NCBI RefSeq assembly: GCF_001306055.1
Contig: NZ_LGHJ01000014.1
Span: 120,001 to 152,000, forward strand
DNA: 32,000 bases
Direction of reading: 5' to 3'
From: Bellilinea caldifistulae
GTDB taxonomy: Bacteria > Chloroflexota > Anaerolineae > Anaerolineales > Anaerolineaceae
Below the pieces are notes generated by a model. That model was not told the DNA's origin. It did not search any database and was given only the letters and a program-made list of their open reading frames with translations. Below, in pieces: positions 16,840-26,590 of the stretch. A program made the position numbers and the translations under genes. Position 1 is the first letter of the stretch, and every line of letters begins with the position of its first letter.

Positions 16840-17590
16840 TCTGCCCGTTGGCTAAATACTTTTGCCAGTCATCATCGCTCATCAACGTGATGACGCGGAA
16901 CGATTCGGCATAGGCCATTTCTTTGCCTTTGCCGCTTTCGGCTGCCCAGTTTTTGATCATCTCGGCCGGATCCCACCCTTCCATCTGGCTTTTGTGCTGT
17001 TTCAGGGCTTCGATTTTCAAGTCAATGGTTTCCTCGATGTTGACAAAAGTATCGCCGCCATCCCAGGCAGAGATGTACACCTTGCGGACTTTGTGGGGTT
17101 TCAGACCTTCTTCGGCCAGTTCTTCAAACACCTGTGGCTGTCCGGCGGCCGGAAAGACGGCATCCAGGGCGGCAGTGGCCGCCGCGCGGTGGTCGGGGTG
17201 GTTGATGTAGGTGCTGTTGGCAAATACGACGGTCGGGTCGCCGCAAATGACGACTTCCGGGCGGAAGCGGCGGATTTCGCGAACCAGTTTTTTGCGTAAT
17301 TCGAGAGTCGGTTGGAGTAAGCCGTCCGGCTCACGCAAGAAGATGACCTCGCTGGCGCCAATGACCCTGGCGGCTGCGGTCTGCTCCGCTTCGCGGATTT
17401 CGGCAGCGCGGGCGCGGGTCATCCCTTCTTTGGCAATACCGGCATCCCCACTGGTGCAGAGGACGCAGGAGATGCGGCATCCGGCGCGCGCCCAACGCGC
17501 CAGTGTTCCGGCGCAGGAAAACTCAATGTCATCCGGATGGGCAACGATGACCATTGCACTTTCGGGGATGTAAAAATTTTTACTGGACAT
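16805..17590 (-). CDS. PIG-L/LmbE family N-acetylglucosaminyl deacetylase
   Basis: [16 protein letters not shown] and HPDH motifs. The ATG at 17588-17590 has GGAG 6 nt upstream. The track start at 17602 is TTG. Confidence 0.85.
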   Translation of the reverse strand: MSSKNFYIPESAMVIVAHPDDIEFSCAGTLARWARAGCRISCVLCTSGDAGIAKEGMTRARAAEIREAEQTAAARVIGASEVIFLREPDGLLQPTLELRKKLVREIRRFRPEVVICGDPTVVFANSTYINHPDHRAAATAALDAVFPAAGQPQVFEELAEEGLKPHKVRKVYISAWDGGDTFVNIEETIDLKIEALKQHKSQMEGWDPAEMIKNWAAESGKGKEMAYAESFRVITLMSDDDWQKYLANGQTTAQTSPAAAD

Positions 17591-17625
17591 GGAAAACTCC
17601 AATCATTGGGAATGATTTAATGGGC

Positions 17626-19284
17626 TTAAGGCAGGAACAAAGGCACAATCAGGCTGAGTAAAGCGGCGGCGAGGAAGCCGACAGCCACCACGATTTGACC
17701 GGCAAGGTACAACTGCACAGCGCTGAACAAGAAGACCGCAAAGAACAGGGCAGCCGTCAGGCGGCGCAGGGCTTTTTCAACCCGGCCGATTTGTTGTTTT
17801 AATTCGGGGCTGCGAAACTCCAAACGTCCCTGTTCCAACCGTGAAAGCAGCGAATCGGCGCGGCGTGGCAAGTTTACCAGCGTGCGCAGGGTGTCCCCGG
17901 CTTCCAGCACCCAGCCGCGCAAGCCAGTGCCGCCCTCTTCGGCAATTAACCGCTGGGCATAGGGGATGATGCTGACCCAGACGTTAAAGTTTTCGTCCAG
18001 ACCGGTACAGATGCCGCTCAAAATGGATAAACAGCGCCCCAGCAGAATCAGGTTATCCGGCAGCTGGAAGGGAGCGTCGTAAATCAATTCGCGAAACTCG
18101 GCGATGAAAGCCATCGCCTCGCTGGTGCTGAGGGCGACCAGTTCGCTGGTGGATTTGCCCCAAAAGCGTTCAAAAGCGCGCTGATTTGCCTGACGCAGCA
18201 ATTCCAGGTCGGCGCCGGGCAGTAAAACGCCCATGATCTGGTAAGCCTTGATCAGCCGATCGGCATCCCGCTGCCCAACCGCGATGATCATTTCGCGGAA
18301 ACCGGCCAAAATGGTTGGAGTAACTTCGCCAGCCATGCCAAAATCCACGAAGACCAGTTTCCAGCCGGGGCTTTCTTCCTCCCCATTCGACTGGAGAGGG
18401 TGAACAAAAAGATTGCCGGGATGCGGGTCGGCGTGGAAAAAGTGATCGTCCAGAATCTGCTTGAGGTAGGCATCGAACAAGCGTCTGGCCACCTCAGCCG
18501 GATCAATGCCGTTGGCAAGCATGGTTTCTTTGTCGGTGATCTTGATTCCGCCGACTTCTTCCAGTGTGAGCACGCGGCGGGTGGTGTAATTCCAGTGAAT
18601 CTGAGGGACGAGAATCTCCGGATCATCCACGAAATTGGCTCGAAACATCTCGGCATTTTTGGCTTCATGCAGGTAGTCAATTTCTTCCAGCAACGTTCGA
18701 CTGAATTCTTCCAGCAGGGCCGGCACATTGGCGCGCCGCCGCACCGGCGGATATAAATCCACCCAGCGTCCAACCACCCGCAGGGCTTTGAGATCAACTG
18801 CCACAATGGCTTCAATGTTCGGACGTTGAACCTTAACTACAACCGGCAAGGGGGTGTCTTCATCAGCGGAGGGGTAGAGACTGGCACGGTGCACCTGTCC
18901 GATGGATGCAGCCGCCACCGGCGTCGGCTCAAAATAAGCAAACAGGCTCTCCAATGGGCGGTCAAATTCGCTTTCGATGACGCGCCGAACAGCCTCAAAC
19001 GGCTCAGCAGCCACTTCATCCTGCAAACCGGCCAGCTCGGAAGTGATTTCCGGGGGGAGAATGTCCAGGCGTGAGGAAAGCCATTGGCCCACCTTGATCA
19101 TCACACCACCCAGGTCAATTGCCAGCCGTCGAAAGCGGGCGGCAATCCGTTGTAAACGCCGGGCACGGCTACGGCCTGACCATTTACCCAAACCGATGAA
19201 CGGCAGGAAGATGTCCCACCAGATCAGGTGCAATAGCACTCTGCCGAAGAACCACAAAATGCGTTGATAGCGGCGTCTTAACAT
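17626..19284 (-). CDS. ABC1/UbiB family atypical kinase with C-terminal TM helices
   Basis: AASIGQVHRA, VVKVQRP and HADPHPGNL motifs. C-terminal hydrophobic tail. Confidence 0.9.
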   Translation of the reverse strand: MLRRRYQRILWFFGRVLLHLIWWDIFLPFIGLGKWSGRSRARRLQRIAARFRRLAIDLGGVMIKVGQWLSSRLDILPPEITSELAGLQDEVAAEPFEAVRRVIESEFDRPLESLFAYFEPTPVAAASIGQVHRASLYPSADEDTPLPVVVKVQRPNIEAIVAVDLKALRVVGRWVDLYPPVRRRANVPALLEEFSRTLLEEIDYLHEAKNAEMFRANFVDDPEILVPQIHWNYTTRRVLTLEEVGGIKITDKETMLANGIDPAEVARRLFDAYLKQILDDHFFHADPHPGNLFVHPLQSNGEEESPGWKLVFVDFGMAGEVTPTILAGFREMIIAVGQRDADRLIKAYQIMGVLLPGADLELLRQANQRAFERFWGKSTSELVALSTSEAMAFIAEFRELIYDAPFQLPDNLILLGRCLSILSGICTGLDENFNVWVSIIPYAQRLIAEEGGTGLRGWVLEAGDTLRTLVNLPRRADSLLSRLEQGRLEFRSPELKQQIGRVEKALRRLTAALFFAVFLFSAVQLYLAGQIVVAVGFLAAALLSLIVPLFLP

Positions 19285-19375
19285 CTTTGTTGGGATTATA
19301 ACACTGCCCGTCCATCGAGCCGGAAGCGGGTGTATAATCGGCGTATCTCACCACAAATCCACAATTATCCCGGTA

Positions 19376-20707
19376 ATGACGATTAAATCCCTACCTTCCA
19401 GCGGCGGCAGGGTCTTATGGCTGGGTAAGGGGACTTTCCGCGCCCTGCGTCACCGCAATTATCGAATCTGGTTTATTGGACAAACCATTTCTTTGATTGG
19501 TACCTGGATGCAAACCATGGCGCAACAGGTACTGGTTTACCGCTTAACCGGATCAGCAGCAGCGTTGGGAATTGTCAGTTTTGTCGGTCTGATTCCGGTC
19601 ATTCCGCTTTCGTTTTGGGCGGGGTCTCTGGCAGACCGCTACCCCAAGCAGAAAGTTGTCCTGTATGCCCAGATGGGTATGATGGTGCAGGCGATTGCGC
19701 TGGCAGCCCTGACCTGGCTGGGAATGGTGCAAATCTGGCATGTGTACCTGCTATCTTTTCTCTTTGGCGCACTGACCGCCATTGACCTGCCTGCCCGGCA
19801 GGCGTTTACGGTGGATCTGGTTGAAGGAAAAGATGACCTGACCAACGCGATTGGACTGAACTCGGCCATGTTCAATCTGGCGCGTGCGCTCGGCCCGGCG
19901 CTGGCGGGCATGGTTGTGGCAGCCACAGGCGAGGCGATGGCTTTCTCGCTGAACGCGGTCACGTTTCTGGCAGTCATTGGCAGTCTCTTGTTGATGCGCG
20001 ACCTCCCCGATTCGTCACGCTCTTCTCATCCGCAGAACGGCGCTCTGCGCCATATGGTAGAAGGCATGCGTTTTGTCTTTTCCAACCGTTCAATCGGGGT
20101 GCTGATCAGCCTGGTGGCGGTCAGCGCATTCCTCTCGATGCCGTTCAATACCCTGATGCCGGTATTTGGCGGTGAAATCCTGAAGGAGAGTGCTGCACCG
20201 GTGGTTGCCTATTTTTGTGACTCCGCGCATGGATTGTTCCAGTGTCAGGCGCCCGAAGCTTTGCCGCTGGGCATATTACTGACAACTGTCGGGATCGGGG
20301 CGGTGATTGCGGCGCTGAGTGTGGCATCGCTGCCGGCTTCGGCGCGGCGCGGTCACTGGTTGACTTTCGGTAATCTGGCTTTTCCCACCCTGCTGCTAGG
20401 CTTTGCCCTTTCGCGTTCGTTCCTTCTCTCTGTGTTGTTGATGCTGGGGGTCGGGTTTTGTTTTGTACTGCAAAATGCCCTTGCAAATACCTTGTTACAA
20501 ATTGCCTCACCGGATGACCTGCGCGGGCGGGTGATGAGTTTTTATACGATGACCTTTCAGGTTACCATGCGGTTGGGAGGATTGCAAGCCGGCCTGGTGG
20601 CGGATTGGTTGGGAGCGCCGTTTTCGATTGGGGTGGGGGCGGTGGTGTCTCTGTTTTATGGATTGTTTGTGGCCTTGCGCTTTCCGGCTGTGCGTGAAAT
20701 GAAGTGA
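19376..20707 (+). CDS. MFS transporter (EntS/MFS_3-like)
   Basis: 443 aa with about 12 hydrophobic helices. N-terminal FRALRHRNYRIWFIGQTISLIGTWMQ and GSLADRYPK are typical of this MFS subgroup. Confidence 0.85.
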   Translation: MTIKSLPSSGGRVLWLGKGTFRALRHRNYRIWFIGQTISLIGTWMQTMAQQVLVYRLTGSAAALGIVSFVGLIPVIPLSFWAGSLADRYPKQKVVLYAQMGMMVQAIALAALTWLGMVQIWHVYLLSFLFGALTAIDLPARQAFTVDLVEGKDDLTNAIGLNSAMFNLARALGPALAGMVVAATGEAMAFSLNAVTFLAVIGSLLLMRDLPDSSRSSHPQNGALRHMVEGMRFVFSNRSIGVLISLVAVSAFLSMPFNTLMPVFGGEILKESAAPVVAYFCDSAHGLFQCQAPEALPLGILLTTVGIGAVIAALSVASLPASARRGHWLTFGNLAFPTLLLGFALSRSFLLSVLLMLGVGFCFVLQNALANTLLQIASPDDLRGRVMSFYTMTFQVTMRLGGLQAGLVADWLGAPFSIGVGAVVSLFYGLFVALRFPAVREMK

Positions 20708-20765
20708 GCGCGGGATTCGGGTAAAATTTAAGGATGTGATTGATTTTTGGGGTAATTATGCCGGT

Positions 20766-20781
20766 CGGTAAACCGGTAAAC
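20766..20781. repeat. Perfect tandem 8-mer CGGTAAAC x2 upstream of the GH5 gene
   Basis: ccggtCGGTAAACCGGTAAACgaaaac, read directly from the sequence, about 70 nt upstream of the GH5 ATG. Confidence 0.6.
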
Positions 20782-20848
20782 GAAAACCTATGTGGAATTA
20801 TTTTGGGAAAGGGTCTTAATACCGGTACGCTTGGAGGTGTAAGCAGAA

Positions 20849-22753
20849 ATGATTCTAGTGGATGGGCCATTCTTCAAGGATGAATACGGCAGAACGTTGA
20901 TCTTACGGGGGGTCAATCTGGCCGGTTCGAGCAAGGTGCCGGCCTCGCCGGATGGGGCGACCCACCGCAGTGAACAGTTCTTCGATCATCGGCACGTCTC
21001 ATTTGTCGGTCGCCCTTTCCCCCTGGAGCAGGCTGATGAACACTTCCGCCGATTGCGGGCGTGGGGTTTGACCTTCCTGCGGTTTCTGGTCACGTGGGAA
21101 GCCATTGAACACGCCGGGCCGGGTCAGTACGATGAATCTTATCTGGATTACATCCGGGCTGTGTTGCAAAAAGCCGCCGAGTACGATATTCAGGTGTTCA
21201 TTGACCCGCATCAAGACGTGTGGAGCCGCTTTTCTGGCGGGGATGGTGCGCCGGGATGGACTCTGGAAGCGGCAGGGTTTGACCTGCGCCACCTGCATGA
21301 AACCGGTGCGGCTATTGTCCATTCCCAACATGGCGATCCGTTCCCTCAGATGGTGTGGCCTTCCAACAGCAGTAAACTGGCTTCGGCGACGATGTTCACC
21401 CTTTTCTTTGGCGGTAATCACTTTGCTCCTTCCCTGAAAATTGAAGGCGAGCCGGCGCAGGAATACCTGCAGCGCCATTACATTCAGGCCATCACCCGGC
21501 TTGCCGAACGGGTGTGTGACCTGCCGAATGTGGTGGGTTATGATATGTTCAATGAGCCGCTGCACGGTTATATCGGCTGGAAGCGGCTGGATCGGCGGGA
21601 GGGTGTCCTGCAAACCGGTGAAACGCCGACGCCCTTCCAGTCCATGCTGTTGGGAGCCGGTTATCCGCAATGGGTGGACATTATGGATCGGCGGGTATTC
21701 GGGATTCACCGGGTTGGGCGGCGACTGGTCAACCCGCGCCGCCTCTCGGCCTGGCGGGAGGGTTACACCTGCATCTGGCGGCAGCACGGCGTTTGGGATG
21801 TGGACGGGCGCGGAAAGCCGGTTTTGCTCCAGCCGGAGTATTTTGCCCGCTACAACGGTCAACAGGTGGATTTTGCCAATGATTACCTCAAACCATTCAT
21901 CAATCGCTATGCAAATGCAATCCGACGGGTGCATCCGGCGGCGCTGATATTTGTGGAAGGCGAGGCCTTTCATTCCGTCCCATGCTGGGGGCCGGAAGAT
22001 GTCCAGAATATCGTTTATGCCCCGCACTGGTACGATGCCTTTGTGTTGTTCTTCAAGTCCTTTGTGCCGTGGCTGGGGGTGGACGTTCGCAGCGGCGGGC
22101 GGCTGGTCTTCGGGCGGAAAGCCATCCGCAAGTCGTTCGCCGAACAGATCGCATCCTTCCGTGAACAGGCGCGCCAGTGCCTGGGAAACGCTCCCGTTTT
22201 GATCGGTGAATTTGGGATCGCCTTTGATCTCAACCGCAAGTGGGCTTATCGCAGCGGGGATTATTCCCAACAAATTGAGGCGCTGGATCGCAGTCTGCGG
22301 GCAATGGATGACAACTGCATGAGCTTTACAATCTGGAATTACACGCCGGATAACACCAACGAGCGCGGTGACCTGTGGAACGATGAGGACTTGTCCATTT
22401 TCTCCCGTGACCAGCAAACCGACCCGGCTGATATCCATTCCGGTGGGCGGGCTTTGCCGGCTTTGTTGCGTCCCTATCCGCGGGCTACAGCCGGGCAGCC
22501 TCTGGAGATGGAGTTCGATTATCGCACGGGTGAATTCCGCTACCGTTTTCGCCACGACCCGGCGGTGACCACGCCGACTGAGTTATTTGTCCCTTCCTAC
22601 CAGTATCCGCAAGGCTGCCGGGTGGAAGTTTCGGACGGCGAATTTGAGCTGGATCTGTCGGTCCAACGGCTGATCTACCGCCATACGCCGCAGCAGGCCG
22701 AACATGAGATCATTTTACGGCGGGGTGATAAGGCGGCAGCGGCTGGTCGTTGA
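20849..22753 (+). CDS. Glycoside hydrolase family 5 (endoglycoceramidase/glucosylceramidase-like subfamily), apparently cytoplasmic
   Basis: LRGVNLAG, FLRFLVTWEAIEH, IDPHQDVWSRFSGGDGAPGW, acid/base YDMFNEP and nucleophile LIGEFG. No signal peptide. About 200-aa C-terminal extension. Confidence 0.85.
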   Translation: MILVDGPFFKDEYGRTLILRGVNLAGSSKVPASPDGATHRSEQFFDHRHVSFVGRPFPLEQADEHFRRLRAWGLTFLRFLVTWEAIEHAGPGQYDESYLDYIRAVLQKAAEYDIQVFIDPHQDVWSRFSGGDGAPGWTLEAAGFDLRHLHETGAAIVHSQHGDPFPQMVWPSNSSKLASATMFTLFFGGNHFAPSLKIEGEPAQEYLQRHYIQAITRLAERVCDLPNVVGYDMFNEPLHGYIGWKRLDRREGVLQTGETPTPFQSMLLGAGYPQWVDIMDRRVFGIHRVGRRLVNPRRLSAWREGYTCIWRQHGVWDVDGRGKPVLLQPEYFARYNGQQVDFANDYLKPFINRYANAIRRVHPAALIFVEGEAFHSVPCWGPEDVQNIVYAPHWYDAFVLFFKSFVPWLGVDVRSGGRLVFGRKAIRKSFAEQIASFREQARQCLGNAPVLIGEFGIAFDLNRKWAYRSGDYSQQIEALDRSLRAMDDNCMSFTIWNYTPDNTNERGDLWNDEDLSIFSRDQQTDPADIHSGGRALPALLRPYPRATAGQPLEMEFDYRTGEFRYRFRHDPAVTTPTELFVPSYQYPQGCRVEVSDGEFELDLSVQRLIYRHTPQQAEHEIILRRGDKAAAAGR

Positions 22754-23444
22754 TGCGTTCAAGTGTCAGCCAGGCAGCGTATTGTTTGAGCCATTGTTTG
22801 CGGGCTTTGTAGTCGGGCAGAATGCGGGCAACCTCAGCCCAGAAAGCCCGGCTGTGGTTGGGATGTTTGAGGTGAACCAGCTCGTGAACGATGATGTAGT
22901 CCAGAATTTCCAACGGCGCCATTGACAGCCGCCAGTTGATGGCGATTGTGCCATTGCTGCTGCAACTGCCCCAGCGCGTGCGCGCTTTGCTGATGCGTAC
23001 CCTGGCCGGTTGCTTGCCGATTTGCTCTGTGAAAATGGAAAAACGGACCGCAAGGGTCAAATTGAGCAATTCGGTCAGAAATTTCTGTAGAGCCGTTTTC
23101 GCATGGGGTAGCAGATCGCTGCTCATTACCAGCCGGGTCTTTTCCAACCGCAGGGTTTGGGTTTGGGTTTTGATCACCCGCAGCGGATAAGTTTTGCCCA
23201 TCACATAAAGCAGGTCCCCGTTTTGAAGCGAGCGACTGACCGCCTGTGCTTTTTCAGCCTGAATTTGCAAGACCTGTTGACGGTGTTTCTCGATCCAGTT
23301 GCTTTTACTGGCAACCCATTCGAGGATTTCCTTTTTGGGCAGGCGCAGCGGGGCGCGTACTTCCAGCGAGCCATCCGGACGGATGATCAGCGCCACCGTT
23401 TTGCGTTGACTACGAATCAACCGATCAATTTTAGGCGGGTTCAT
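22710..23444 (-). CDS. M48/YgjP-like (DUF45) zinc metallopeptidase-fold protein
   Basis: C-terminal HELVHLKHPNHS (HExxH) in the YgjP/SprT-like context. ATGA overlap with the upstream GT39-like gene. Confidence 0.8.
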   Translation of the reverse strand: MNPPKIDRLIRSQRKTVALIIRPDGSLEVRAPLRLPKKEILEWVASKSNWIEKHRQQVLQIQAEKAQAVSRSLQNGDLLYVMGKTYPLRVIKTQTQTLRLEKTRLVMSSDLLPHAKTALQKFLTELLNLTLAVRFSIFTEQIGKQPARVRISKARTRWGSCSSNGTIAINWRLSMAPLEILDYIIVHELVHLKHPNHSRAFWAEVARILPDYKARKQWLKQYAAWLTLERINDQPLPPYHPAVK

Positions 23445-25294
23445 GGCGGGCTGCTCCCGTAGGCTTGTTCAACTGCCTGATGGTCGGCTTCGATGAGATA
23501 AACCTCCATGTGATCAAAGCTGGCCAATTGCCGGGCGGTAGAAAAATCGAAAAAACCGTAATCCGGGCCGCGCTCGCGGATGACCTGTTCAAGGGTCTGC
23601 TGATGGGCGATGCTGACCAGCACAAATGCCCGTCGGAAGGGGATATCCCTCCGCAGCATCTCGCGCGGCAGGTTGTATTGATAAAAATAGTACCATAAGG
23701 GAGCATCTTCCGGTGCGGTGATGATCACCAGATCCCCGGATTGGAGTTGGGGCTGAATAAAACGCAGGGACTGTTCCACCCCCCCAAAGCGCCGCTCACC
23801 CAGCGGGGCGCGTTGGGCAACATAAACCACCGTACCCGCCAGTAAAGTTACCGAAAGGAGGGCAAGCAGGCCGCGCTGTGCCCGCATGGGATTCTTGAAA
23901 AGGCGTGAAACGACTTCCAGAAGGTACGTTACTCCGGCAGCCGACCAAATCAGCATTAGCGGCACTAAGAAGAGCCAGATGCGCGCCCACGGGTTGGGGC
24001 GCTGAATGAACACGATCACCGGCAGAATCACCAGACCGGCCTGCAGGGGAATAGGCAGGCGGCTGAGCCGGGCGTGAAAGACCAGCCCAATGACCCAGCC
24101 GATTCCGAATAAACCCACCAGCGCAGGATGGACGAAGCGAGTCCATTCCCGCCAGGTTTCGCTCAGCCGCGATTGAAGGGTGGGCAGAAACCACTCACGG
24201 GCAACCGGCTCAATCCACTGGTTGGCAATCACAGACCGGACACCGGAGTTGACAAAGACCGGCAGGTAGAGCAGTCCCGCCAGCAGCACCGTAAGAATCC
24301 CGCACAGAACAACCCCCAACAGGAAGGAAAAACGCCGCTCAGACTCAACTTTACCGCTTGCCCACACGAGAAAAAGCCAGAAATAGAGTGTGGCTAAAGA
24401 ATAAACAAACACCGGCACCGTATAAAGCCCCAGCGCACCGAACAAAGCCAGCAACAGCCAGTGAAAGGCGTTTCCCTGACGGAGCAACGACACGGCCAGC
24501 CCGGCATTCAACAGGGTGAACAATGCCAGCAAGGTATAACCCCGCGCGTTGACCGAGAAACTCACCAGCACCGGCGCCAGGGCAATGGTCAAACCGGCCA
24601 GCCAGGCCGCGGCGGGTGAATACAACCGGCGTGCCAGCCCGTAACCGAAAGGCGCCAGCAGGGCACCAGCCAGCAAAGCCGGCAGGCGTACCGTCCAGGG
24701 TTGAACACCGAACAGGCGGTAGGAAAGGTGGACGAGAAAGGTGTGGAAGAGGTGATTGTTTGGGTAATGATAATCACTCAAACCCAGCCGCAGGGGTTGA
24801 ACGGCAAAAACGCTGAAGGTGTAGGCTTCGTCATGTTCCATCGGGACGTTGACGAACAACCACCGAAGGATCAGCCCGAGGAATAGCAGAGCAAGCGCCG
24901 GCAGCCAGATTTTCGGCTGGTGGAGCAAATTCAACCCATGGGCAAAGACGCGTTTGGAATCGCCGGGCAGGTTTTGAAGGGATCTCAACAGGGTCTGCTT
25001 CAACCAGACCGTTGCCGCTCGAAAACGGGCCGGAAAGCGCAGAGCGAGTACTGCAATGCCGCTCAGCAGCAGACCGCTGACGGCCAAAAGGCCCTGAAAG
25101 ACCCGCCAGAGGGCGGGGGTGAGCAGTTCGAGACTGCCATCGCGTGCAAGAAGATCACCCAACCGGCGGGCAGCCGGGTAGGGTAGTAAGGTGAGCAGCA
25201 AAAACCCAATCCCAAAAACCAGCAAAGCCACCGGGACGACTTGCCAGTTTTTATGGAAGCCTTTTTCCAAAAGGGGAGGGACGCGCTTGCTCAT
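23441..25294 (-). CDS. GT-C fold glycosyltransferase (family 39/ArnT/PMT_2-like) polytopic membrane protein
   Basis: More than 10 TM helices. First-loop acidic motif PMEHDEAYTF. Soluble C-terminal domain. The start is either ATG at 25292-25294 or TTG at 25309. Confidence 0.6.
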   Translation of the reverse strand: MSKRVPPLLEKGFHKNWQVVPVALLVFGIGFLLLTLLPYPAARRLGDLLARDGSLELLTPALWRVFQGLLAVSGLLLSGIAVLALRFPARFRAATVWLKQTLLRSLQNLPGDSKRVFAHGLNLLHQPKIWLPALALLFLGLILRWLFVNVPMEHDEAYTFSVFAVQPLRLGLSDYHYPNNHLFHTFLVHLSYRLFGVQPWTVRLPALLAGALLAPFGYGLARRLYSPAAAWLAGLTIALAPVLVSFSVNARGYTLLALFTLLNAGLAVSLLRQGNAFHWLLLALFGALGLYTVPVFVYSLATLYFWLFLVWASGKVESERRFSFLLGVVLCGILTVLLAGLLYLPVFVNSGVRSVIANQWIEPVAREWFLPTLQSRLSETWREWTRFVHPALVGLFGIGWVIGLVFHARLSRLPIPLQAGLVILPVIVFIQRPNPWARIWLFLVPLMLIWSAAGVTYLLEVVSRLFKNPMRAQRGLLALLSVTLLAGTVVYVAQRAPLGERRFGGVEQSLRFIQPQLQSGDLVIITAPEDAPLWYYFYQYNLPREMLRRDIPFRRAFVLVSIAHQQTLEQVIRERGPDYGFFDFSTARQLASFDHMEVYLIEADHQAVEQAYGSSPP

Positions 25295-25324
25295 GGAAGG
25301 GACTTCCAATGTGGTTTGAACCGG

Positions 25325-26248
25325 TCATGGGCTGGCACGGCGAATTTGGAAGACATCGAAATCGCGGGCGACCACCGTGTTTTCAAAGACCGGTTGGGCT
25401 TCTGCCAGTATGTCCTTTTCCCGGTACCGGCGCGAAACGTGGGTGAGAATTAACTGACGCACTTCCGCTTGGCGGGCCAGTTCCGCCGAGCGGCGGGCGG
25501 TCATGTGGCCAAAGTGACGCGCCATTTCGGCTTCTTCTTCCAGATAGGTGGCTTCGATGACCAGCGCATCCACACCGCGTATTACTTCTACCAGATTGGT
25601 GGGATCGCCGACATCCCCAACGATGGCTAAACGGGTGCCGGGTCGAAAATCTCCCAAAACCATGTCCGGTTCAATGGTGCGCCCGTCCGCCAGTGTGACG
25701 GCGTTACCGGCCACCAGTTCGCGGCGCAGTGGGCCGTTGGGAATGCCCAGCGCTTCGGCTTTTTCGGGAAGAAAAGGGCGGCGGCCTTTTTCTTCAAACA
25801 GATAACCGAGACTATCGGCGCCGCGGTGAGAGACCGCAAAGGCGTGGATGGTAAAGTCCTCCGCCTCAAAAATTTGGCCGGGCTGCACCGGGCGCAGTTG
25901 GAGCGGCATGGGTGGTTCGGCTCCGCGCAGCACAACCCCGTAAATCAGGTCGTATACTCGATCCAGTGCGCTGCGGGTACCGAGAATTTCGAGCTGGTCA
26001 ATTGACTCCCAGCGCATGAAGGTGGAAATCAGACCGGCCAGTCCCAGAATATGATCCAGGTGGCCGTGGGTGAGCAGGATACGGTTGAGGTTTTTGAAGC
26101 CGATTCCGGATTGTAAAATCTGGCGCTGGGTGCCCTCACCGCAATCAACCAGAAAGCGGTACTCGTCTTTTTTGACCACCAGGGCGGGCAGGTTACGGCG
26201 TACCGAAGGGGCGGAAGCGGATGTGCCTAAAAAGATGATCTCAAACAA
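25325..26248 (-). CDS. rnz: Ribonuclease Z (tRNA 3' endonuclease, metallo-beta-lactamase fold)
   Basis: MFEIIFLGTSASAPS..FLVDCGEGTQRQIL..LLTHGHLDHILGL..THVSRRY. The start codon is TTG (26246-26248), confirmed by reverse-complementing the sequence. Confidence 0.9.
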   Translation of the reverse strand: MFEIIFLGTSASAPSVRRNLPALVVKKDEYRFLVDCGEGTQRQILQSGIGFKNLNRILLTHGHLDHILGLAGLISTFMRWESIDQLEILGTRSALDRVYDLIYGVVLRGAEPPMPLQLRPVQPGQIFEAEDFTIHAFAVSHRGADSLGYLFEEKGRRPFLPEKAEALGIPNGPLRRELVAGNAVTLADGRTIEPDMVLGDFRPGTRLAIVGDVGDPTNLVEVIRGVDALVIEATYLEEEAEMARHFGHMTARRSAELARQAEVRQLILTHVSRRYREKDILAEAQPVFENTVVARDFDVFQIRRASP

Positions 26249-26555
26249 AGCAGGTGAAATTCCTTAAGAATACAGGGTAAAGCCTGCGCTGCCTTTTGCA
26301 GAAAGGCGGGCAGGCGGGCATTTAACCATACGGGTCTTATTTTACCTTATCTCAGCGCTTCTGGAAGGATTTGAATGGAGGCTGCCTCCGACCAAAAGAA
26401 AAATCTCGCCTTTCCGGGATCAAGTTTTTTGGGGAAGTTACGGCGAATTTTGATCGCAACTCCACAAAAATTTTTGCGAACCCTCTCTGGATAGGGGCGA
26501 AGCACAGGATGAGAGTGGAAATCGAGGAGAATTTGTTTGTGTATCTCTATACACC

Positions 26556-26584
26556 TTGTAAAAATTCGTAATTCGGACTACAAT
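26556..26584 (+). promoter_or_regulatory. Candidate sigma-70 promoter with flanking repeat/operator-like elements
   Basis: TTGTAA (26556-26561), 17-nt spacer, TACAAT (26579-26584). Inverted repeat GTGTAT-ctct-ATACAC (26539-26554) abuts the -35. Direct repeats TCGTAATT at 26566-26573 and 26587-26594, 21 nt apart, bracket the -10. Confidence 0.5.
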
Positions 26585-26590
26585 AGTCGT

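Noticed and set aside
20999-22555. 518-aa ORF antisense to the GH5 gene, the second-longest open frame in this part of the window
   Set aside because: It is codon-aligned antisense to the GH5 frame, so it stays open merely because the sense codons TTA, CTA and TCA are rare. Its translation is Arg/Pro/Gly-rich with no motifs, whereas the plus-strand frame has unambiguous GH5 catalytic motifs. It is a shadow ORF.
26374-26493. 39-codon ORF (MEAASDQKKNLAFPGSSFLGKLRRILIATPQKFLRTLSG) with a GGAAGG 6 nt upstream
   Set aside because: It lies upstream of the candidate promoter, has no recognisable family and shows no coding-type composition. One Shine-Dalgarno-like match is not enough to support a gene. 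I mention it only as something ribosome profiling could test.
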